This document shows, piece after piece, positions 47,414-57,769 of a stretch of 64,000 nucleotides of DNA. This stretch comes from Candidatus Heimdallarchaeum endolithica (GTDB lineage Archaea > Asgardarchaeota > Heimdallarchaeia > Heimdallarchaeales > Heimdallarchaeaceae): NCBI GenBank assembly GCA_021513715.1, contig CP084167.1:2432001-2496000 (forward strand), written 5' to 3'. A program made the position numbers and the translations under genes. Every line of letters begins with the position of its first letter. Within the stretch, counting starts at the first letter, position 1. The notes under the pieces were generated by a model that worked only from the letters and a program-made list of their open reading frames with translations, did no database searches and was not told the DNA's origin.

Positions 47414-48909
47414 TGAATACAATACTCTCTCTAATCTTAATTGTTCCAATTGTAGGAGCAGCATTGTTGGTTTTATTCGAACAATTTAGAAACTTCATAG
47501 TTAAAATGAAAATAAACCCTGATTTCCTTCAACATATTTTCGCAAATCTTACAGCACTTACAGTGTTAGTATTAGGAATTTATTCTATCTTTGACAACAG
47601 TTTGTGGAATTTAAATACTACTTCTGATTCTTTGCTTAAGTTCGGAGAATTGGAGGCTATTCTTGTATCCATCTTTGCTTTCCTTGTATGGATGGCTGTG
47701 CTATTTAGTGTCGACTACATGAAAGATAAAAAAGCGTTAGGTAATTACTATGGACTAATATTCACCCTGCTAACTGGATTAAGTTCTGTAGTATTAGCAA
47801 GTAACTACTTTACCTTATTTATTGGTTGGGAACTATTCGGTCTAAGTGGATACGCATTAGTTGCATTTGATAGAGAAAAAAGAGGAGCTGTTGAAGCAAG
47901 TCTAAAATATTTCATAATGAGTACTGCAGGAAGCATGTTCATTATCTTAGCTACAGCATTAACTTATGGAGTATATGGTTCTGTGAGTTTTGATACTTTG
48001 CATGGCATATCAAAAGAAGGACCAATGGCTGGTCTGATTGTGGCTCTTTATGTTACAGGCTTTGGAGTAACAGCAGCAATGTTATTACTAAATGCATGGC
48101 TACCTGATGCCCATAGTAACGCACCTTCAACAATTTCAGCTTTACTCTCCGGAATAGTAGTAAAAGCTGGTGCTTTTGGTATTTATAGGACACTCTATTG
48201 GGCTTTTAGTGGTACAGGAAATAACTTATTGTCTAATACTTCTCTTGTAATCTCTTGGCTTGCAATTTTGACAATGGTTGACGGTAACTTCCTCGTTTTT
48301 GCACAATTTAAACGAGAAGATATCATTGACCTAAAGCGTATCCTAGCTTATTCTACAACAGTACATCTCGGTTTTGTTGTTTTAGGATTAGGAAGTGGAA
48401 CTAGTGTAGGTTTAACTTCTTCATTCTTGCACATTATAACTCATTCATTAGGAAAAGGGATGCTGTTCTTGCTCAGTGGTTTGCTCATTTCTGTGGCTAG
48501 TTCAAGAGATGTTAGAGATATGCAAGGAATAGGAAGACAAAAACCATTTTTAGGTATTATTCTAACAATTGGTCTATTATCCTTAGGTGGTATTCCAATA
48601 ACTGGAGGATTTGTTTCCAAATTGCTTATCTTCGTCGCTACTCTAAATGGTAACCATTCATACGCTATGAACATTGTACTTGTGACTTTTGCAGGAATTA
48701 ATGCAGTTCTTGCACTTGGAGGATACCTTTTGTTACTTAAATACATAGTATTTGATGAGCCTAAAGAAGAAAAGAAAGAAATCAAAGTACCAATCTATGA
48801 AGGAATTGTTCTGTCCATAATCGCAATTGTCATTATGTTCATAGGATTGTGGCCAGAAAAACTAATAGAATTAATTAGAGATGCAGTTAACGCGTTAAAT
48901 CTCTTCTAA
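47413..48909 (+). CDS. NuoM/N (MrpD/MbhH)-like antiporter-type subunit
   Basis: GWEL, EASLKY, WLPDAH..AP..ISALLSG..VK, KRILAYST, LSLGGIP.TGGF.SK. Start at the overlapping TAATG. Confidence 0.92.
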   Translation: MNTILSLILIVPIVGAALLVLFEQFRNFIVKMKINPDFLQHIFANLTALTVLVLGIYSIFDNSLWNLNTTSDSLLKFGELEAILVSIFAFLVWMAVLFSVDYMKDKKALGNYYGLIFTLLTGLSSVVLASNYFTLFIGWELFGLSGYALVAFDREKRGAVEASLKYFIMSTAGSMFIILATALTYGVYGSVSFDTLHGISKEGPMAGLIVALYVTGFGVTAAMLLLNAWLPDAHSNAPSTISALLSGIVVKAGAFGIYRTLYWAFSGTGNNLLSNTSLVISWLAILTMVDGNFLVFAQFKREDIIDLKRILAYSTTVHLGFVVLGLGSGTSVGLTSSFLHIITHSLGKGMLFLLSGLLISVASSRDVRDMQGIGRQKPFLGIILTIGLLSLGGIPITGGFVSKLLIFVATLNGNHSYAMNIVLVTFAGINAVLALGGYLLLLKYIVFDEPKEEKKEIKVPIYEGIVLSIIAIVIMFIGLWPEKLIELIRDAVNALNLF

Positions 48910-49023
48910 TACACTTCTATTTTTCTTTTTTTACATAATTTTTAATTAAACAAATTCCTTTTTTTAGAGAAAAAATAAATAATGTGAAGTTTTATTTTAT
49001 TTATTGAATTTAAAGGAGATAGT

Positions 49024-49797
49024 ATGACACTCAAACTTATTGGAACTAGAAAAAAAGGGAAAAAAGTAATTTTTAAAATAAAAGAACAAGAAAAAATAAT
49101 TTCTCTTAGAGATAAGAATCTGTCGCACATTGATCTTTCACCTTTAGAAAATAATGAAAGTATAACTCATTTACAATTAGAATGTAATAAAATTACAGAT
49201 ATTGACCTTTCCCCCTTATCTTCGTGTAAAAATCTAAGTCAACTGTGGTTAAGCGGCAATCAACTTAAGGAGCTAAATTTAAAACCTTTGGCTAATTGTG
49301 ATTCTTTCTCAACTTTAATTCTAGCTAATAATATATTAGAAAATATAGATTTATCTCCTTTATCAAAGTGCCAGCACCTATCTTTTGTAATAGTTAATCG
49401 AAATACTTTAACCTCTGTAGACTTGTCCCCACTAAAAAATAATAAGAGACTATATCACCTTAATTTTTCTAATAATTTGTTAGAAGAAATAGATTTAAGT
49501 CCACTAAGTGCGTGTAATTTAACTAAACTTAATCTGTCCAATAATCAACTGTCAACAATTGATCTTTCTCCCCTTAAAGGTTGTAAGAAGTTAGATGAAC
49601 TGTGGTTAATGTTCAATAATTTTAAAGAAGTGGATTTATCTCCTCTTATTGAGTGTAGCAATTTGATTAATTTTAATTTGGATCCTGATGCTTCGATAAT
49701 TTGGGAAAACATTTCTCTAAAGATAGAAGAACTTCCTGAAGGAATACAGAAGCATATTAAAAAAGTAGAAAGATATTATGTTAAAAGAAAAAATTAG
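49024..49797 (+). CDS. Leucine-rich repeat protein
   Basis: About eight 22-aa repeats of L..L.L..N.L..IDLSPL. Confidence 0.93.
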   Translation: MTLKLIGTRKKGKKVIFKIKEQEKIISLRDKNLSHIDLSPLENNESITHLQLECNKITDIDLSPLSSCKNLSQLWLSGNQLKELNLKPLANCDSFSTLILANNILENIDLSPLSKCQHLSFVIVNRNTLTSVDLSPLKNNKRLYHLNFSNNLLEEIDLSPLSACNLTKLNLSNNQLSTIDLSPLKGCKKLDELWLMFNNFKEVDLSPLIECSNLINFNLDPDASIIWENISLKIEELPEGIQKHIKKVERYYVKRKN

Positions 49798-49847
49798 AAA
49801 AAAAGATTCCTTATTTATGGTGTTCTAAAAAAAAATTTATCTATCTT

Positions 49848-50396
49848 ATGCTAATGTTGAACAAAATGGATAGTTTCTCAATTGAAGATTTTAACGAAGA
49901 ATTCTTGGAAAAAATCAGATCTTTTTTACAAGGTGTAAAAACTCTAGCAATACTAGGTGTTGGAAATGAGGACAATGGTGATGATGCTGTTGGGTTGAAG
50001 GTTATAGACATTTTAGAAGAAAAAACACTACCTAATTGGGTAAAATTGTATTATTGCGAAAGAGTTCCTGAACATTTTATAGGAAAATTAGACAAATTAA
50101 AACCAAATAGAATTATTGTTATTGATGCAGCAGATATGAAAGACTCACCTGGTGTTATAGCCATATTCCCAAAGGAAATTATATCTAAAGAGTATAACTT
50201 TAGTACCCATACTTTATCACTTACAATGCTTGAAGAATTTCTAAGTTACACGATAAAAGATTTAGATATTCTTTATGTCGGAATTCAGCCAAAATATACG
50301 GTTTTTGAGTCCCCTTTAAGTGAAGAATGTTTTAAATCTGCAATTGAGCTGTCAAATTTGCTGTATTTTATTATTATTGAGAATGAACAAAACTAA
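49848..50396 (+). CDS. hycI: Hydrogenase maturation protease (HycI-like)
   Basis: LGVGN...GDDAVG, PE, IDAADM..PG, FSTH, VGIQP. Confidence 0.9.
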   Translation: MLMLNKMDSFSIEDFNEEFLEKIRSFLQGVKTLAILGVGNEDNGDDAVGLKVIDILEEKTLPNWVKLYYCERVPEHFIGKLDKLKPNRIIVIDAADMKDSPGVIAIFPKEIISKEYNFSTHTLSLTMLEEFLSYTIKDLDILYVGIQPKYTVFESPLSEECFKSAIELSNLLYFIIIENEQN

Positions 50397-50465
50397 CTTT
50401 TGGAAATTAAAAATGTTTGTTTCATTTGAAAATAAAGTAAAAATAGAAAAAAGAGAGTTTAAAAT

Positions 50466-50966
50466 TTATTCTTTTACTTCCTTCTTCTCAACACTTAGAA
50501 TATCTTCCTTAATTTTACCAAGAAGATTTGCTATAGCAGCAACAATAGTTTCAGGGCGAGGAGGACAACCATAAACCCACGCATCCACTGGTAATAGTTT
50601 ATCTATGCCTCCCAACACAAAGGGTGCTTCTTGAAAAACTCCTCCTGTTGTAGCACAGTTACCTACAGCTACTACAAATTTTGGAGCTGGCATTTGCTCA
50701 TAAATTCTTTTTACTCTCTCAGCTACTTGCAATGTTATTGGTCCTGTTATGACTAAAACTTCTGCTTGTCTTGGAGTTCCTCTTAATAAGATACCATATT
50801 GCTCAAGATCATGTCTTGGTGTTAGTGCGTCGACTATTTCGATGTCACAACCGTTACATCCTCCTGCATTCATATGAATAATCCAAGGAGAACGTACCGC
50901 GCAGTTTACACCGACTTTCTTGAGGAAGCGGGTGAGAAAACCTTCTTTTGTTTTTGCTTCTGCCAT
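50466..50966 (-). CDS. Group 4 [NiFe] hydrogenase small subunit (NuoB/MbhJ/EchC-like)
   Basis: GGCNGCDIE, PRQA, AVGNCA..GG.F, GCPPRPE. Confidence 0.95.
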   Translation of the reverse strand: MAEAKTKEGFLTRFLKKVGVNCAVRSPWIIHMNAGGCNGCDIEIVDALTPRHDLEQYGILLRGTPRQAEVLVITGPITLQVAERVKRIYEQMPAPKFVVAVGNCATTGGVFQEAPFVLGGIDKLLPVDAWVYGCPPRPETIVAAIANLLGKIKEDILSVEKKEVKE

Positions 50967-50978
50967 TTTTTCTTCCTC

Positions 50979-51437
50979 CTATGCATAACCTCTCAAACTT
51001 TTCTTCTGTTCTTCTGCCTCATTTTTGAGCTCTTCTATTTTCTTTTCTGCTACTTCTCCTGCAAAAGAACCTTTCTCGCATAACATTCGGTAATCTGTTC
51101 TCATTTCAAAAGCAAATTCCAATGGATTTTGTCCTGATACGTGAATACAATCTTTTGGACAGTATATCTCACAATGAGCACAAACCATACATTGTGGAGC
51201 TAGTATCCATATCATTCCGTTGTCTTTATTTTCCTTTTCCATTGTTAAACAATGAGTTGGACATACCTTCACGCATGTTCCACATAATATACATTTGTCT
51301 GATTCTATTACTGGTATAGCCCTTATGTCTTCTGGTGGTGGATTTTCTTCTAATCTTTTTAAAACATGTTTTGTTACTGGTCCTTTTACATGATTTTTTA
51401 TTGCTTCTCCTCCCATCACTAGTATTTTTTTACCCAT
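50979..51437 (-). CDS. 2x[4Fe-4S] subunit (NuoI/MbhN/EchF-like)
   Basis: CILCGTCVKVCP and CMVCAHCEIYCP. Confidence 0.9.
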   Translation of the reverse strand: MGKKILVMGGEAIKNHVKGPVTKHVLKRLEENPPPEDIRAIPVIESDKCILCGTCVKVCPTHCLTMEKENKDNGMIWILAPQCMVCAHCEIYCPKDCIHVSGQNPLEFAFEMRTDYRMLCEKGSFAGEVAEKKIEELKNEAEEQKKSLRGYA

Positions 51438-51449
51438 TTTTTTTCACCT

Positions 51450-52709
51450 TTAGAATATTGATCTATTATACTTTTTCGCCTTAATCGCTCTTTTGGCGAA
51501 TTCATCTTGGAACATTACCTTCTTTTCTCCTGTAGTCTTATTAATAATCATTATCCTGTTTGTACAGCTAAAACATGGGTCGTAGCTTCTTAATATTACT
51601 GGCACATCAGCTATGTATTCTCCATCCATTCTCTTTAATGTTGCATCTATGTTTCCTAAAGATGGAGCACGTATTTTGTATCTTTCTGGTTTATCACTTC
51701 CATTTGACATGCCAAAGTGGATATCTTCTCCTCTTGGTGCTTCTGCTCTCGTCATGTATTGACCTTCTGGCACTTTGGTTTTCACCCTCTGTAGTAATTC
51801 TCCTTCTGCTGTTTCTAATTTATCCAGTATTTGTTTAAGCATATATAACGACTCTAAAGTTTCATCTATTCTTACTAGTGTTAATGCTAAGACATCTCCT
51901 TCTGGGTAATAAATTGGTTTCCAATCTAATTCATCATACAATTCATATGGATAACTTTTTCTCACATCAAAAGGTATTCCTGATCCTCTAGCTGTTGGTC
52001 CATTTGGAGTTATTTTCTTTGCTTCTTCTTTTGTTAAAATGCCAACATTCTCTAGTCTGTTTCTTATTGAAGCTTCTTCTGTGAAAACTTTTCTGTGATA
52101 TTCAACTTGTTTTATTAAGTGATCTATTTTTGGTCTTGTTCTTTCAATTTTTTCTTTCGGAATATCTCTCTTTACTCCACCTATCATCATTAATGCAGGG
52201 TTAACTCTATTCCCACTGATGTCTTCAACTATATCCATTATTATTTCTCTATCTCTCCACGAAATGTGAAGTAGTGTATCAAAACCAGAGTCATGAGCTA
52301 AAATTCCATACCATAATATGTGAGAATGAATTCTCTCTGCTTCTAAACTAAACATTCTGATTAGTCTTGCCCTTTCAGATATGTCGTTTTCTACTCCAGC
52401 CAAACGCTCTACAAGTCTGACATATACATTTTGATGGACAGCACTGCATATACCACAAGCTCTGGGGACAAGAAGAGTATTTTGTCTCCATGTCCTTGCT
52501 TCCATTGCTTTTTCTAGTCCTCTGAGGTTGAAACCTATTCTTATATCTGCTTCAACTACTCTTTCTCCTTTTAGGTGGATAATGAAATGTGCAGGTTCTT
52601 CTGCCCATGGGTGTTGTGGTCCAATAAAAATTCTATAATCACTATCTGGTGGAGCATCTTTATCTCCATAAGGATCTGCTCTAAATCTTGATCTATAAAT
52701 TTCTGCCAT
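51450..52709 (-). CDS. Group 4 [NiFe] hydrogenase large (catalytic) subunit
   Basis: GPQHP, L1 RACGICS..H, L2 DPCFSCTNR followed by a cleavable C-terminal extension; all four Ni-ligand Cys present. Confidence 0.96.
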   Translation of the reverse strand: MAEIYRSRFRADPYGDKDAPPDSDYRIFIGPQHPWAEEPAHFIIHLKGERVVEADIRIGFNLRGLEKAMEARTWRQNTLLVPRACGICSAVHQNVYVRLVERLAGVENDISERARLIRMFSLEAERIHSHILWYGILAHDSGFDTLLHISWRDREIIMDIVEDISGNRVNPALMMIGGVKRDIPKEKIERTRPKIDHLIKQVEYHRKVFTEEASIRNRLENVGILTKEEAKKITPNGPTARGSGIPFDVRKSYPYELYDELDWKPIYYPEGDVLALTLVRIDETLESLYMLKQILDKLETAEGELLQRVKTKVPEGQYMTRAEAPRGEDIHFGMSNGSDKPERYKIRAPSLGNIDATLKRMDGEYIADVPVILRSYDPCFSCTNRIMIINKTTGEKKVMFQDEFAKRAIKAKKYNRSIF

Positions 52710-52711
52710 TT

Positions 52712-53242
52712 TTAGTCCTCCGAGATTTTCTTAGCTAAACTTAGAGTTATTTCTTTGATGTCCTGCCAGCTGTATTCTTTTCTCATTGGGCGTACGTCAT
52801 CAGGCCAGTTCTCAGGTAAAATCAGTCTTTCCATGAATGGATGATTTTCGAAATAAATGCCATAAAAATCATATATCTCTCTTTCATAATACTCTGCACA
52901 GACGAAAATATCACTCATTGTGGGTGATGTTGGCTTGTTTATATCGATTCCTGTGATAATTACGTTTATTGGCACTTCTTTTTCTGTTTCTTCATCTCTA
53001 TGTTGTAAGTGATAAATTACTCTAAATTCCTTATCTGGGATTTCCAATCCTGTAACTGTTGTTAAATGATAAATTCCTGCATTGTCATGAAGAATTTTTA
53101 TTAAATCGCGAGATTTGTCAACTTTAACATATATTGTAAAATGTGGCGCCCCTTCCACTCTTTCAATTTCATCTACCAGCTTTTCTGGTATTTCAGTTTG
53201 TAAAATTTCTACGAGTTCTTTCATACTCATACGAAGTCCCAC
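52712..53242 (-). CDS. NuoC/MbhK/EchD-like subunit
   Basis: HLTTVTG, YERE.YDFYGI.F.NHP...LILPENWP...PMRK. Confidence 0.92.
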   Translation of the reverse strand: MGLRMSMKELVEILQTEIPEKLVDEIERVEGAPHFTIYVKVDKSRDLIKILHDNAGIYHLTTVTGLEIPDKEFRVIYHLQHRDEETEKEVPINVIITGIDINKPTSPTMSDIFVCAEYYEREIYDFYGIYFENHPFMERLILPENWPDDVRPMRKEYSWQDIKEITLSLAKKISED

Positions 53243-53427
53243 TCTTAGTTCTTATTATCAATTAACCTTTAATTCTTGTTTAAAACCTTTCTTGTGTGCT
53301 TTTTCTGAACATGCGACAAAAAAACGTAAAAATGAACTAAAGTAATTGTTATTTGTTATGAAAATATAGTAAAAAACCAATATTTTTATAGTGTTTTTCA
53401 ATTGTTTTTTAACATAGAGGTTTTAAA

Positions 53428-54612
53428 ATGAAAGAAATAAGCCCAGAAATTTTTTATGTAGGTGTGGACGATTACGAAACAGATCTCTTTGAAAGTATGT
53501 GGCCACTGCCTGAAGGAGTAAGTTACAATGCTTACATTGTTAAAGGAAAAGAAAAAGTGGCTGCGATTGATACTGTTAAGATTCCTTTTGTTGAGGAGTA
53601 TCTTGAAAAAGTAGAAAAAGTAACAAGTTTCGACAAAATCGATTATATTATACTTAATCATATGGAACCAGACCATACAGGTTCTTTACTAAAACTACTG
53701 GAAAAAGCACCTCAAGCTAAAATCTATTGCTCCAAAAAGGCCGTGGCTATGGTTAAAAGTTTGTTTAATTTAGAAGAAAATGTACATGGAGTAGAAGAAG
53801 CAGAAGAACTTGATCTAGGGGATAAAAAGTTAATTTTCTATATGGACCCACTTGTCCACTGGCCAGAAACAATGGTTACGTATGAAGCTGAATCAAAAAC
53901 ACTTTTCTCATCAGATGCTTTTGGGAGTTTTAAAGGCCTAAAGGAAGGAATAACTGATGAGGAAGTGGATTACCATGGTTATATTGATGAAACAATAAGG
54001 TATTTCAGCAATATTGTTTCAAAATATACGAAATATGTGAAAAAAGCGTTAGATAAACTGTTACCTATAGAAATTAAAATTATAGCTCCTGCACATGGGT
54101 TGATATGGAAAAAAGATGTCAAACATATTGTTTCTCTCTATCAACAATTGGCTGATATGCAAGGAGAAAAAAGCATTCTTGTCCTCTGGGGTTCTATGTA
54201 TGGAAATACGAAACTGGTAATTGATGCTGTGGTTGAGGGAATAGAAGAAGCGGGGTTAAAAGTTACTATATTAGACGTTGCAAGAGACCATTTATCTTAT
54301 CAAATAAAAGAAACAGCAAAAAACCAAGGTATAATTTTGGGATTTCCTACATATGACGGTGAAGAATTTCCACCTGTTTCATTCTATTTAGACATGATGA
54401 GAAGAAAGAATATTCGTAATAGGATAGTAGGATTTTTTGGTTCTTCATTGTGGTCAGGAAGAGCTCTGAAAAAAGCAGCTGATAAACTAAAAACTTTAGA
54501 TTGGCAAATAGTAGAACCTTTATTGGAGTTTAGAGGGAAACCTGCAAAAGAGTTATTGTCTCAAGCTAAAGAATTGGGAAAACAAGTAGCTCAAAAGGTA
54601 AAAGAACTATAG
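53428..54612 (+). CDS. fprA: Flavodiiron protein (FprA, O2/NO reductase)
   Basis: GVSYNAY, NHMEPDH, HWPETM, SSDAFG, APAHG, flavodoxin SMYGNT. Confidence 0.95.
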   Translation: MKEISPEIFYVGVDDYETDLFESMWPLPEGVSYNAYIVKGKEKVAAIDTVKIPFVEEYLEKVEKVTSFDKIDYIILNHMEPDHTGSLLKLLEKAPQAKIYCSKKAVAMVKSLFNLEENVHGVEEAEELDLGDKKLIFYMDPLVHWPETMVTYEAESKTLFSSDAFGSFKGLKEGITDEEVDYHGYIDETIRYFSNIVSKYTKYVKKALDKLLPIEIKIIAPAHGLIWKKDVKHIVSLYQQLADMQGEKSILVLWGSMYGNTKLVIDAVVEGIEEAGLKVTILDVARDHLSYQIKETAKNQGIILGFPTYDGEEFPPVSFYLDMMRRKNIRNRIVGFFGSSLWSGRALKKAADKLKTLDWQIVEPLLEFRGKPAKELLSQAKELGKQVAQKVKEL

Positions 54613-54654
54613 TTCTTTTTCAACTAATCGTTTTTCTCTATTTTTTCTTTTTTT

Positions 54655-55764
54655 TTATTCTTGAAATTCTTCAAGAAATGAGCCATAAGTTGCAGCAACA
54701 TTACATGTTCCTTCATGACTAACCATACAAGCACCAACAGGATGATCTGGTCTGCAAGCTTTCATGAATAAAGGACATTCTTGGGGTTTAGTCTTTCCAA
54801 TAAGTATCTCATCACAACGACATTTACTACGTAAATCTTTACCTTCAAGTTTAGGGATTGAAAAACGCTTCTTGGCATCAATATGGGCATAATCTTCACT
54901 AATTTCAGAACCAGAAAGAGGCCAAGTGCCTAAACCTCTCCAACGAACATCACTAACAACAAATGCTTTCTCCATAGCCTTAATAGCAGCAACATTTCCT
55001 TCTGGTTTTACATAACGTTTGTAATCATTAGACACAGTAGGAGAGTCAGTACGTATCTGTTTTAATAAAGAGTAAATGGATAAAAGAATGTCAACAGGTT
55101 CAAAACCTCCTACAGAAACAGGAAAATGAAATTCACGGGGGATAAACTCGTAAGGGTATGTTCCAATAATAGTAGAAACATGTCCCGGAGCAAGAAAGCC
55201 TTGAAACTCAATGTCATCCCGCTGAAGAAGAAGTCTCATAGCAGGAGGAACAAGTTTGTGAGAAGAGTAAATACTAAAATTAGGTAAGTCAACACGAAGA
55301 ACTTCAGCTGCAGTAATGCAACTAGTGGTCTCAAAACCAACACTGAAAAATAAAACATCAAGATCAGGATGGGTTCGAGCAATATTAACGGCGTCAGCGA
55401 TACTATATACAACACGAACATCCATACCACGTGCTTGCGCTTGATATAAAGATTCATTAGACGAAGGAACGCGCATCATATCTCCAAAAGTGGTAATGGT
55501 AAGATTGTGGTGATCAGCTAACCATAAAACTTCATCTATGTCCAAAGCAGATACACAACATGTTGGACACCCAGGACCTGCAATTAGTTCCACATTTTTT
55601 GGTAAAAGAGCTCTTATTCCTGCTTTTACTATGTCATGCTCATGTGTCCCACAAACATGCATAATGGTTACTTTTTTTTCTATTTTCTTTGCTTCTTCCC
55701 TTATTTTTTCTACTAGACTTTTTACTGTTTCTTTGTTTCTGTATTTTTGTGTTACGTTTTTCAC
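54655..55764 (-). CDS. hypD: Hydrogenase maturation protein HypD
   Basis: MHVCGTHE, GPGCP.C, GFETT, PGHVS, GACMVS.EG.C. Confidence 0.97.
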   Translation of the reverse strand: MKNVTQKYRNKETVKSLVEKIREEAKKIEKKVTIMHVCGTHEHDIVKAGIRALLPKNVELIAGPGCPTCCVSALDIDEVLWLADHHNLTITTFGDMMRVPSSNESLYQAQARGMDVRVVYSIADAVNIARTHPDLDVLFFSVGFETTSCITAAEVLRVDLPNFSIYSSHKLVPPAMRLLLQRDDIEFQGFLAPGHVSTIIGTYPYEFIPREFHFPVSVGGFEPVDILLSIYSLLKQIRTDSPTVSNDYKRYVKPEGNVAAIKAMEKAFVVSDVRWRGLGTWPLSGSEISEDYAHIDAKKRFSIPKLEGKDLRSKCRCDEILIGKTKPQECPLFMKACRPDHPVGACMVSHEGTCNVAATYGSFLEEFQE

Positions 55765-55852
55765 TTTTTTCCCTTCTTGTTTTGCTATTTTTTTTGTTTC
55801 ATAAATCTTGTTTTAGGTCTATTTTTTTATTTTAATATAGCTCTTTTTTCTT

Positions 55853-56920
55853 CTAATCAAAATAGACTTTTCCTTTTAGAAATTCCTTAATAAACCCAGT
55901 TGATTTTGGATATATTTTTGAAAATGTTATTTCTATTTTATTATTTCCTATTTTCTTTCTTTTGTCCTCTCTTAGAATCACGTGTTTTCTTATTCTTCTT
56001 TTTAGTAACTCCCACCCTTCTTCAGATATTCTTATTGTGAACTGTTCTGTTGCTTCTCCTTTTGCTATTGCTTCTGTCAATCTTTCAAGTATCATCTTTC
56101 CAAATAAGCTATATGCTTGTTCTCTTTTTATTCCCCCTACTTTTTCTAAGTAAGTTCCAGCTAAGTAAAATCTTTCTTTTGTTCCAGGTGCTGATTGCTC
56201 AAACCCTTTAGCTATATGATCTGCTATTGCTGCTACACATGCATTAAAAGTTATATATTTCAATCTAGGTTCCATTCCAGAAACTGATTTCATTACTAAT
56301 CCTTCTCTCCCTTTTGCCTCAAGATTCTGTAATTTTTCTTCGATTTTTTTATAGTCATGTATATCCATTACACCAAAAATTGGTACTGAATCAATCTCAT
56401 ATCTTTCTAGTAGTTCTTTTCTTTGAAGAGGAAGGAGTAGATCAAGTTGATAGTCTTTTCTTACTTTAAAAATATCAAAAATCAATATTTTTGGTTCTAA
56501 ACCATAAATGGTAGAAATATGGTTGTAGGGATTGTTACCTATTAATTCCCCAAAAGCACATAAATGTGGAAAATCTTGTAATAATTCTCCTATATTCTTG
56601 TTCTCTTGTAATATTTCTGTACTATAGGGACAAACATATCCTCCTCTAGTAAAAGCCAAGAGTGTGTTAGAATTTGCATGATAAAAAACTCTGACGTTTG
56701 TTCCATCTATCTTTTCTTCAACGATAAATTTATTGTTGCTAAACTGTTTTTTTATTGCTTCCTTCAAAAAAAATGCTCTGGGAATTTTAGGATAAGAGGG
56801 AATTATTTTATTTTCAATATTAACTGTTCCCCTTATGTGCTCTCCGAAATCTCGAACATCTCTACTGTAAACAATACTCTTATAGTATAATTGCTCAACT
56901 ATTTTATCGTTTTTTATCAC
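55853..56920 (-). CDS. ATP-dependent RNA ligase, Rnl3 (Pab1020/MthRnl family)
   Basis: YPKIPR, motif I EEKIDGTNVR, TRGGYVCPYST, GELIG..PY, FDI, GREGLVMK, RLKY. Confidence 0.9.
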   Translation of the reverse strand: MIKNDKIVEQLYYKSIVYSRDVRDFGEHIRGTVNIENKIIPSYPKIPRAFFLKEAIKKQFSNNKFIVEEKIDGTNVRVFYHANSNTLLAFTRGGYVCPYSTEILQENKNIGELLQDFPHLCAFGELIGNNPYNHISTIYGLEPKILIFDIFKVRKDYQLDLLLPLQRKELLERYEIDSVPIFGVMDIHDYKKIEEKLQNLEAKGREGLVMKSVSGMEPRLKYITFNACVAAIADHIAKGFEQSAPGTKERFYLAGTYLEKVGGIKREQAYSLFGKMILERLTEAIAKGEATEQFTIRISEEGWELLKRRIRKHVILREDKRKKIGNNKIEITFSKIYPKSTGFIKEFLKGKVYFD

Positions 56921-56992
56921 AGTACAACTTAGTTTTTTGAAATAATAATTTTTTGTACAAGTTTTATTTTAACTTTTATTTTTGCATATCTA

Positions 56993-57637
56993 CTATTTTT
57001 TATCTAATTGTTCTTCTAAGAAATGTGTATAATCCTCTGAAAAAACAGCTTGTTTGTTTGATACATATATTAAAAATTCATGAAACCTTTCTGCTTTAAA
57101 GAACGATAATCCTAGCCATTCTGCCATTTTCATTAACCCATAATCTGCAGTAACAATTATCCCTCCTACTTCTTTTGCCAACATAACAACATCAAAATCC
57201 TCTTTGCTATCAATAACACCATCTCGTAAAGCACTTCTGTACTTTTCTCGTAAATCATGGATCCTCTGATCAATTTCTTCAGGTTTATAGCTCCGTAGCA
57301 TCTTTTCACTAAGTCTTAACCCTTTATCTATCCTATTTCTTATTTCATCTATGAACTTGTATACAACTGCTGCAGGGACATTTAGTTCATATAGTGAAGG
57401 GCTTTTAACGATTAAGACGCTTTCAAGAAAAGGTACATCCTCTCCTAGGAATGTTGTCAACTCTTTCTTAATAGATAATGGCATATAAAAGTGAATAAAA
57501 GGAGTTTTTGCAGCGAATTTAAGAAAATTTTTTACTGCTTCTACTGTTGTTTTACCAAAACTCTTTCTGGAGTTTGGATTAGTAAAAACGCTTGTATCGA
57601 TAACAAATTTACGTTCTTTGTCTGTTTTTTCGCTCAT
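56993..57637 (-). CDS. HARP, protein-only RNase P (PIN_5; 'RNA ligase partner protein')
   Basis: FVIDTS.FTNP, RIDKGLR, LREKYR.ALR.G.IDS.ED.DV..LAKE, TAD.G...AE.LG. Confidence 0.9.
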   Translation of the reverse strand: MSEKTDKERKFVIDTSVFTNPNSRKSFGKTTVEAVKNFLKFAAKTPFIHFYMPLSIKKELTTFLGEDVPFLESVLIVKSPSLYELNVPAAVVYKFIDEIRNRIDKGLRLSEKMLRSYKPEEIDQRIHDLREKYRSALRDGVIDSKEDFDVVMLAKEVGGIIVTADYGLMKMAEWLGLSFFKAERFHEFLIYVSNKQAVFSEDYTHFLEEQLDKK

Positions 57638-57769
57638 TTCAAAGAAAACATAGCACTAATGAGTAAAAAATCTATCTCTATAATTTTTTGTAAGAATAAA
57701 AATCACTTCTTTTAAAACTTTGAAATCGAAACATCTTTAAAATGAATAAATTCCTTTTTTTCGGTCGCT

